Positions 54,701-64,000 of a stretch of 64,000 nt of DNA are shown in pieces; within the stretch, counting starts at the first letter, position 1, and every line of letters begins with the position of its first letter. Under the pieces are notes generated by a model. That model had not been told where the DNA came from. It was given only the letters and a program-made list of their open reading frames with translations, and did not search any database. Both the position numbers and the translations under genes were made by a program. This stretch comes from Mizuhopecten yessoensis (taxonomy: Eukaryota), in the NCBI RefSeq assembly GCF_002113885.1, contig NW_018406224.1, forward strand, positions 851,693 to 915,692, given 5' to 3'.

Positions 54701-54784
54701 TATAACCCCTTTCTTGTGGACAAGTCAAAAACGTTTGCGACCTTTAACTTAAATGAAATGAATGACGCCATTTCTTATATTTAG

Positions 54785-56600
54785 ATGACAGTTGTTGGTT
54801 GTTGTAACGAATGCTATGTTACTTGTAGGTCTTTTCTACTTTGAGAGTCTGGCGTTTGCAGAGAAGGGTTCGACATTAAAGAATCGTATCCCGAGGGTTC
54901 CCACTTCAATACACAGACACTAAGCAATACGTGTTGAGAATCTGTAACACACTTTGGTCAGGTGACCTCCATTGTGACGTCACCAACCTAGATGGTCAAC
55001 ACTGACTTTAATCTTCGAAGATCTTCAGGAACTGACGTTAGAAAAGTAAAACAACTAATAAAAAAATGAATGCCAAATAAACGTAAATATAACTTTTAAT
55101 ATTTAGAAATGAAGATTTACGTAAAATTTCTATCTGGGCTGATAAATGGGGTATCATCTTCAATCCTGATAAAACGGAGGCTCTACTTTTCTCATGGCAA
55201 ACTCATATAAATTATATTTATGAAAAAGCATATATAAGAGACTGGATTTACTTAAAATGTTGAAATTTAAGATTGATAGAAAATCCCTTGAAACAATATA
55301 TATATCATATAGTCGTCCAATCCTCGAATATGCTGATATTGTATGGGCTAATGGTTCCCAGAGAGAGTGCAACGTCTTAGAGTCAATCCAACGTGAAGCA
55401 GCCCGCATTATTTCTGGTTTAAGACGAGGAACGAGCCCTAACATTTTATATAGAGAGACTGACTTTGTTACACTTAGTAAAAGAAAACATTTACATCAAA
55501 ATATTGCATTTTTAAATTCTTTAATAACAATTGTCCATCTCATGTCTCAGACTTGATGCTGCCCTTTTTAATAACATTGAACATTACAACCTTCGACACA
55601 ATATATTATTTGACGTTCCAATACCAAGACGGATTTATGTAACTCTAGGTTTTTTTCCAAAACTTATGTCAGAATGGAACAATCCAGCCTGTCTTTTCCC
55701 CACTATGACATCTCTTGGAGCTCTGAAAAGGGAATTTTTACGTTCATCCGATATGAATGTTCACCCAATATGTAGAAACATTTGTAAATATCACGGTGAT
55801 ACAAGAAATTAAATTCAGATTTATTTAATGCACATCTAAATGATAGCCCTGCTTGTATATGTGGTTCCCCTTTCGAAGATCGTGATAATTTTTCCTGCAC
55901 TGTCCTTTTTATACTAAGCAAAGACTAATATTACTTAACTCTCTGTCAGCGCTTAGTGATGCTATTCCACTCAATACCCAAACTTTTATTTATGGTTTCC
56001 AATCACGAAACGTATATATGAATATAACTATTGTGGAGACGGTTCAGAATTACGTTAGAGACTCCAGACGTTTTTATTTGATTCCCAAATAGCTTTGTAA
56101 AATAATCTCTATTACAACAATTGCGATATTTGAAATATGTATTGTCAAATCAATTCAAAGTACAAATAATCTCTTATTCTAATACTTAAAGAAACACCTG
56201 TAAAAGTAACATTTATATGATATGTATACACTGTTATGTTTTGTAAGGAGAGGGCTTTTATAGGCTATGCCTGTTGCCAAATTCCTTTTGTACATAAGAT
56301 CAGTACAATAAAATATTCTGAAATGAAAATATTTAGAAAAATAACAACATTTGCTGAAATATTGTTTGCTTAAAAACAGCGCAGCACCGACGCACAACAA
56401 CGTTGGAGTTCAAGCTAACATGTTCCGCCGCGAACGGTAGCTATATCTATTTGACAACCGTTTGACTCGATGCAGTGAAAGGATTCGTAATGTGCAGGTA
56501 CCTGTTTCAACGACATTCTCGACCACTTTGCCATCTTAATACGATATCTAGCAGCATACAGAGGTGCATGATTACCCATATAAAGCTTGAAATCCCTTCA
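54785..56600 (+). pseudogene. Two decayed chitin-binding type-2 (peritrophin-A)-like domains (~54785-54937 and ~56415-56580) separated by a LINE
   Basis: TCRSFLL*ESGV...YPEGSHFNTQTL and CSAANGSYIY..KGFVMC..LCHLNTISSSIQRC resemble CxxFYxCxxG..CPxGLxFN..C. Confidence 0.35.
55108..56329 (+). mobile_element. 5'-truncated, decayed CR1/L2-group LINE (RT C-terminus and 3'UTR)
   Basis: DLRKISIWADKWGIIFNPDKT; LETIYISYSRPILEYADIVW; IQREAARII; SPACICG..; 3' end CAATAAAATATTCTGAAATGAAA. Confidence 0.9.
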
Positions 56601-56741
56601 GAAGGTGGAACCACTTCACGGATACCTTAATTCATTGAACAAGAGACTAAGATGATCATAACAGCTTCCGTGTTTACTAGTTATATAATTTTCATATTAA
56701 TAAAGGAGTTTTGTACTTTAAGATATTTTGCATGTAGTTAT

Positions 56742-57091
56742 GGAAACACGGTAGTCTAGTGGTAGGACGCCGGGCTCGTGACCGAAGGGTTGCGGGTTCG
56801 AGGCACGGCACGGAGCTGTGTTGTATCTTAGAGCAAGATACTTTACTCCGCTTGTTTCAGTCTACTCAGCTGTAAATGAGTGCGTGGAAGGGCAGTACTA
56901 GAATTGTTGAATGCTAGCTATGAGCGCCGAAATGGCAGCACCGGCTGTATGATCCCAAGGGAGTTGAAAAAGATAGTGGCTGGTTGCAAAGGCCCTATAA
57001 CCACGGATAATAATTTATGAACCGCTTTGAGACGACCTACGTGCTGGGTTGTGATAAAGCGGTATATAAGAATCTCGAATTATTATTATTA
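56742..57091 (+). mobile_element. tRNA-derived SINE, near full length
   Basis: A box TAGTCTAGTGG, B box GGTTCGAG, CORE-like centre, GATAAAGCGGTATATAAG..(TTA)n tail; second copy at 21221-21550. Confidence 0.88.
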
Positions 57092-58329
57092 CTATACTTT
57101 AGTTTATTTAGCGCTAGGAGTGAATGAGTCAATATTAAACACACACACAAATATCACATATCCGGATTTAGGTTGACTTCCTACTTATTTATTACGCAGC
57201 AATGTTTAACTTCCACGTGCAAAATAATTATCAGCGGAACGTGAATTGATATTTTGAGCAGTCCTTGATAATAAAATATCTTGGAATTTCTATCCGAAGG
57301 TTATCATTAATTTTTTTTTTTATGTCTTTTGCTCTTTTGTTCTTTTGGGAGGTTCAAAAGTATACATTTCCTTCAGACACTGTCATCGCCCCTGTGCAAC
57401 CAGATGAGACGAAATACCAAGGCTTTGTGTCTATAGTGTTGTTGGTTCAAAAACAGTTTCAGAAATTCCTCACGTTCTTAGATCCACCTTAACTCGGATA
57501 ATAGCCCTGCTACTGGGGTATAATATAGACATCTAAAGAACTCGGAATAGTTTTATAGACTTAACCTCGTCATGTGAAAATATACAAAGCTTTTCTTTCG
57601 GATTACCTGATCATATTTCCTAATATGTATTTCAGGGTCAGTATCTGTTATTTTATTCATACTTGACAGTACTGAAGGTCCTACGCTTTACATGTTGTAT
57701 GAAGTTTTGGTTTGGATTGGTAATGCAATAATAAACTAGATCCCATGCTCAAAGTATCACCTCATTTGTTTCATTTATTAAACATAACGCACAGACATAT
57801 CACATGTACGTTTTATTATTGCTTATATCGTTTTTATTTATTTTTGTTATAGCAGAGTCAAACATGTATTGTTTTATCTTTGCTAGAATTTCAGATGTGT
57901 TAAATAAGTTATTAAATAAATACATCAATAAATTAAAGAAATAAATTAATATACACATATACAAATTGCAGCATTATGTTGTTGCAAATATGTTAGTGGG
58001 AATACTTGGATTGTAACGTAGAAATCTAGATACTTGAATGCTAACGAAAAGTTTTTCAGTACTTGGATGGTAACGAAAACAAATCGAGAGCACTTGGATG
58101 CTACTGCAATGAAAAACACTTGGATGGCTACGAAAAATTAAACTTAGAACATCACAATCCAGTAAAATCTTGTATATAAATAACTTTCAGTATATAAGTT
58201 AATATACAAATTGCAGTATTCTTTTTTTGAAAATATGTTTATCGGAATCCTTATCCCAAAGAACATTAACATTTGATAAAAAATCTGACTTCAATCATTC
58301 TAAAGGGAATAACTGAGTTGATATTATCC

Positions 58330-59480
58330 AAAGTCCATATCCGATGCGTTAGCATGATGTGGATTGTCAGCAAACAGCATCCTGGTGCAAACGGTGGTCA
58401 ACTGTTGCTGTTTCTTTATACAATGTATGCCTGAGATGCCAGCTTGAAAACTACCACCAGCAACACCAAAGCCAGGATCCAGTCTACGGGTGCACCAAAA
58501 GGCTGTAAAATACAAAACAATATCGTCAGTGACAATAAAGACGCTACATTCACAACGATTTAAATGTATTATTGATTACAGTTTCGGAACGCATATGAAA
58601 TTATACAAAATGCATCCTTATAAAATTATTGTATCGCATATTTAAAAGCATATGTAGTTGAGAATTTTTTGTCTATTTTTACTCTATTATATGATACTCG
58701 TTCTTCAATTTAACAAGGACTACTTCACATCAATTATTTAATAATTCCCTTGGATTATTGTGCTGTGGTTGGATACGTGTGGCAGATGTAGCAACTATCT
58801 AATTGTCGTTTCTTTGTGATAAATAATCGTTAACAAATCAAGTTATAAGATTCTGTCGATTTGTGTAGAGCATAATATCATTAGAGCATTCGAACCAGTT
58901 CATTGTATCAAATATGTCCAGGTAAGAAATGTAGAAATGTAGTGTGTGTCATTCCTATCTAGACGATTGTTTCATACAAAGCAAGACTATTTTGTAACAG
59001 AACGGGGACCAAATATAAACATAGCACCATAGCGCGTCACGTTTCATGTCCATGACATGTATACATATGTGGCTGGAAAATGTGCAATTGACAATAAGGA
59101 CAATCCAGACATTGGTAATCAATCAGTCCTTGTTACGTGCGTAGCACCATTAATACAGTGGATCCAGATTATTATGAAAAAGCATGAATAGTGATAGGAA
59201 AGAAACATCGTTCCAGAAAAGACGTTCGGAGACATATAGAAGAGAAATCTCTTCACTTTTAAATAATGGATAAGCATATGAAGGATCAGATATTTTATAT
59301 CTCCGAGCGCAACATAGTAAAGTAAACAACCTCGATTTACGGTCGTGCGCGGACATATGTTACCGTCGAAACACAAGAAAAGGGGTGACATGAACTGTAT
59401 GATCACTACCCTGGTTATTATGTGTAATACATGTAGAACCACTGTACACACCTAACGTTCAGCTTTAGCTACCTGTACAA
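58330..59480 (+). pseudogene. Fossil Cys-rich EGF-like ORF, copy C
   Basis: Paralogous to 35380-36620, with internal deletions. Confidence 0.45.
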
Positions 59481-60129
59481 GATAGCTGTCAAGAACTATG
59501 ATATACGACACGTGTGTATATGGATATTGATATCATGACTGCATAATAAAGTAGTAAACATGAGACAACAATGTGTCTTCCTATATTTACATAGTTGTAT
59601 ATAAAAAGTGTCTATTCTGTATCTTCAAATAACGTAATACATTTGACAAAGAAATACGATAGAGAGTGAAAAAAAAGAGGGAAAAAGAACAACGTGTGTT
59701 CTTCTTTCATTGATATACTTTGTGTCCAAGTGGGACACATATCAGGTGTGTGTGGTGAGGGGGGGGGGGTCGTATATGTTTTGGTTTCGGTTTTGTTTAA
59801 CGAAAAAAACTGAAAGATATCTTGATGTTCATTCTTTTAATTTAGAACAATATGGATATGTATATCCTTAATACAACAATAAGTCACGTTATAGAGTCCA
59901 TTCAGATAGTATTAGAAATTTAGTCGCTTAATGTATGTAACATATTGTATTGTTCGAGACATTTGTACTGGATTCACTTAAACACACTTAAAACCATAGT
60001 GCTAAAAATATAGATTTGATATTCTAATTAGTAATGCAAATAAATCAATAATACTTATCAATAACATACTTACCTGCTTTTCGCAGAGGATCCCAAAAAC
60101 GAAAATAAGGGGAATTATTGCAAGAGCCT

Positions 60130-61570
60130 TCCATCTGGGCATCTACAAAATTAGTAAGTAACAGATTAATAAAAATACCAAAACAAGAAGCGGGTAAGCA
60201 AAACCATATTCACGTGACACTTTCATATTGGGATAAGGACATCGATTTTACTCCACGTCTTTAAAGAGACTTTTGTCGATTTTCAAACGTTTCACTGCTT
60301 TAAATAAATTGACTTAGTTGGTAATTTTCAAATATGATGATAATTTTGAATTCCATTTGATATTGCATTTGAATCTATCGAAAGTAGCTATAATCAGCTA
60401 ACATTTAGTGTAACAATGTTTGAGTCTAAGAAGCTTTTATAAGCTAACTTTTAATCTAACGCCGTCCGGGTTTATCGTAAGAAGCTACATGTAGTCTAAC
60501 TACGTTTGAGGCTATGGAAAGGAGCTGTGATAAGCTGACATTTGATTCTGTCGTAATTTGCTGTAATTAATGAACATTTAGTCAAGCAATTGTATAGTCA
60601 AAATTAAGTAGCTTTAATATGGTTACATTTGTCTAACGTAGTTAAAGACTATCATTAGTTGCTCCGCTAATCTATCACAAAGTATGTAAAGGTTGTAATG
60701 AGCTAACACAGTATATGAACATTTGAGTCTATCGTTTGTACTTTATGCGGTTTATTCAACTAAAATGGTAATCAACCTTGTTTATTATGTACTTTGTTTA
60801 TCGCAGCATGGTACACTCGTGAACACTTTATTTGAAAACAGACGCAGCCTGTTTATGGAAAATAAAATCTTTGTGAATTAGGTAATAAACGCTTGCGTAA
60901 TTTTACTCGTCAAAAGATGACGCGTCTGAGCCACTACGCGCTCTTTTCCAAAGTATTATGTTTCGACCATTGTGATATGATGTGCGCCATTTACCTCCAG
61001 TACACCGACCACCCCTCATAACCAAGTATTTGACCGGTGAACAATATATTTCAGTTGTGCATGGATCTAGTGTTGTGCCAAAGTCTGCTGCTGTTGTTCC
61101 CCACTTACTGACAGTTTCCAGCATATGTTTTTATCGAACTTCGTTGAGCTAAATGTATGTATAATGCTCTTCAAGTCATTACTTATCTTGACATATATGA
61201 TGTGAACTGATTTTGATAAGTCGTGCTTAATTTATTTGCATGTACACAGTACTCATCACATCATTATTTCATCTTGCCATACCTTTTGATGTGATATTAG
61301 TGATTTATAATATCGGGATTGCATCAAAGGTTGGAAATTGGCCAGAAGAACAAGAACTTAAACGATACCGTATAATTTCAATTTACGACCCATGTTTGGC
61401 TTGTCATCTCATTTCAATGTCATTATTCATATTTGTTTTAATTGTTTTGTTATACATATCAATGAATATATCGCCAAATCCCTTATAAGGTCAACGTGTC
61501 CAAGAAAAAGTTGTCACAAATGTTGCAGTATATCAATTTTAGCTTTACTGTTGATACTCTCTGAATGTCT
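60130..61570 (-). pseudogene. Decayed unknown ORF (KWGTTAADFGTTLDPC.. domain, 17-aa repeats, hydrophobic C-terminus); paralogues ~36900-38160 and ~47740-49130
   Basis: ORFs 60903-61124, 37602-37811 and 36905-37255 share frames across copies; family not recognised. Confidence 0.35.
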
Positions 61571-61616
61571 TCCTTTAATTTTTTTCATAAATGAAACAAC
61601 ACAAAGGTAGCGTATC

Positions 61617-61785
61617 TCATATATAGATTGAATGTCGGTTTCTTAATTTTCATGCCAGTATGAACGCAAATCGGTTACATCCTTATTGTATAAAGCCCGC
61701 AAGAGCTTCATGTTTAATATGGATGTAACCGATTTGTGTTCATACCGGCATGAAATTTTAAAAAACGCCGTTCAATCCATGTATT
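61617..61785. repeat. Long inverted repeat (~70-bp arms) of a non-autonomous element; also 49191-49342 and one arm at 38219-38300
   Basis: ATTGAA..TTCATGCC.GTATGAACGCAAATCGGTTACATCC ... GGATGTAACCGATTTG.GTTCATAC.GGCATGAAA..TTCAAT. Confidence 0.85.
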
Positions 61786-62756
61786 TACATTTTTACTTTA
61801 GAATAATTGTTTAATGTTATTGATTTGTTCTTTAATACTTAATTAACTTACTGCGTTTTGTTTATGCGTCGTCCTTTAAGCGACATTGGCGAAATTGCAC
61901 TATTTAAGTAAAATTGGCGCCAATAACTAACCGATTTCATTTAAGCCTGTGACGCATGGATTCTCCATGTTATCTGAAGCGAAGCGACACGACTCTCATT
62001 GAACAAGTTAAATCTGTGACGTCATACGTAAATTGCGTGTCGCGTCACGAGAGTTGTTGCTTTCACACTCAAATGAAATGCATTTCTGCTGGTAATGTTC
62101 ATATAGTGAGTTGCAGCGCAAATGTAAATATATTGTGAATAGCAATAATCTGAGATGTATAATTCACAATTAGTCTCATAGGTTGGCAAAAGCCACGCTC
62201 TTCTCATTTTCCAACCTTTTCATGTTAAGTTTTAATAAAGTAAAATGGTATTACATAGATACTCATCTCCTAGCAATTGATGGGGAGGTAGTAATTGAAC
62301 AAAATGACAATTGTGACGAAATAAAAACATTTGCTGTTAACACATTCACATAAAAATGAGTTCAGTCTAATGACAAAACATGAAGGACGAAAGAAATAAG
62401 AAAAAAATAAAGGAAACAAATATGTTTACTCGGGTTTGCTTAGAACAGGATATAATGACTAGCAGAATATCAGGGTTTCAGGGTTATATTATAAAAGACA
62501 GTTTGTCTTGTCAGACAAGGAAGAATTAATTATTAAAAAATATCAAATAAAAGGAGGAAGCATTGCAAAGTAAAATATTAAAGGTTAATGGTACGAACAA
62601 GTTTAACTATATGTGATTATTATTATATTATTTCCAATACCATTATTGTAAAATATTCGCTTAGGACCTAGGCTTTCAAAATAAATATTTCATAAACTTC
62701 ACATATTGCCATGCATTCCAGAACTGTAATTGTTAGAAATTCCAATGTTAACAAAT

Positions 62757-64000
62757 AACAAGAGGCCCATGGGTCTTAACGGTCACCTTAGTCCTACAGT
62801 ATGTTTTGTTGTTGTTGAAATATGTACCAATTTGAGTAAAAAATAGGTAAGTATAAAGTTAACTTAAGTTTGTATGGACCATGAGCTGATCATTCCTAGA
62901 CCGATTTTCAGTTAAATCGGCCTATTGGAACTTGTTTTTAAGTTTGAAATATTTATTTTCAAAATAGCGACCGTATCGGCCATATTGGATTTCTGATTGA
63001 CCCGAACAATAACAACACTTTGTCAGGACCATGAGTCGATCATGCCTACAAAGTTTCATTTCAATCGGCCTGGCAGAATTTGACCTAAAGTTTGAAAAAG
63101 TTTTTCGAAATGGCGGCCGCGGCGGCCATATTGGGTTTCTGATCAACCCGAAAAATAACAACACTTTGTCAGGACCATGAGTCGATCAATCCTACCAAGT
63201 TTCAGTTCAATCGGTCCAGCAGAACTTGACTTTAAGTTTGAAATAGTTTTTCAAAATGGCAGCCGTGGCGGCCATATTGGATTTTTGACCGACCCGAAAA
63301 ATAAAAACACTTTGTCGTGTCCATGTGTCGATCATTCCTACAAAGTTTCAGTTAAATCGGCCCAGTAGAACTTTATTTTAATTTTGAAATAGTTTTTCAA
63401 AATGGCAGCCGTGGCGGCCATATTGGATTTCTGATCAACCCGAAAAATAATAAGACTTTGTCAGGACCATGGGTCGATCATTCTTACCAAGTTTCAATTT
63501 AATCGGCCCAGCAGAATTTGACTTTAAGTATGAAATATTTATTTTCAAAATGGCGGCCTTGGCGGCCATTTTAGATTTCTGATCAACCCGAAAAATAACA
63601 ACACTTTGTCAGGACCATGAGTCGATCATTCTTACCAAGTTTCAGTTCAATCGGCCCAGCAGAATTTGACTTTAAGTTTGAAATAGTTTTTCAAAATGGC
63701 GGCCGTGGCGGCCATATTGGATTTCTTATCGACCCGAAAAATAACAACACTTTGTCAGGACCATGAGTCGATCAGTCTTACCAAGTTTCAGTTCAATCGG
63801 CCCAGCAGATTTGACTTTAAGTTTGAAATAGTTTTGTCAAAATGGCGGCCGTGGCGACCATATTGGATTTCTGATCGACCCGAAAAATAACAAAACTTGG
63901 TCAGGGAGATGTCAGTAACCTTCCCATAAAATATTATTGAAATCTCTTTGCCTGTATTTCAGCTTAAGTTGAAAATGTAAAATGTTAACGGACGACGGAC
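62757..64000 (+). mobile_element. Helentron-associated element (HINE, pearl/CvA-like architecture) with internal satellite; runs off the window end
   Basis: 5' AACAAGAGGCCCATGGGTCTT subterminal palindrome, tandem cores, then start of a GACG microsatellite (ACGGACGACGGAC). Confidence 0.85.
62877..63905 (+). repeat. ~146-bp satellite core x7 inside the HINE
   Basis: Unit starts at 62877, 63027, 63173, 63319, 63465, 63613 and 63759; each carries a palindromic ATGGCGGCC.TGGCGGCCAT. Confidence 0.97.

Larger units (their letters stand above)
57433..62756. repeat. Segmental duplication, copy C (interrupted by HINE at 62757)
   Basis: ATAGTGTTGTTGGTTCAAAAACAGTTTCAG start shared with A; colinear up to GTTAACAAATAA. 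Confidence 0.95.

Noticed and set aside
56742-56815. tRNA gene
   Set aside because: A/B boxes are present but there is no complete cloverleaf; it continues into a SINE body and tail, and a second copy exists at 21221-21550.
62922-63890. ORFs in the 146-bp array
   Set aside because: Satellite translations; the unit length is not a multiple of 3.

Overview
Eukaryotic, AT-rich, repeat-dense genomic DNA; the repeat families (Helentron-associated elements with ~146-bp cores, tRNA-derived SINEs) point to a bivalve mollusc (inference). There are no prokaryotic features or CRISPR arrays. The only clearly intact gene is the 3' half of an MFSD6-like MFS transporter on the + strand: six GT-AG exons at 16633-28610 that splice in frame, including 24-nt and 41-nt microexons; its 5' exons were not found in the window. 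Upstream of and between these exons lie large minisatellites and decayed retroelements. There is also an apparently intronless fossil TRPM-like channel ORF (about 11050-15018, - strand) whose middle segment is inverted. Positions 34479-62756 hold three diverged copies (A, B, C) of a multi-kb block carrying a decayed Cys-rich/EGF-like ORF (+) and a decayed unknown ORF with a 17-aa/51-nt repeat (-). Each copy has private insertions: a MULE with a 9-bp TSD, a HINE and a Kolobok-like element in B, a poly(A) retro-insert in A, and a HINE in C. An exact 518-bp duplication bounded by single Ns (22563-23920) looks like an assembly artefact. All homology calls were made by eye from manual translation; no searches were run.
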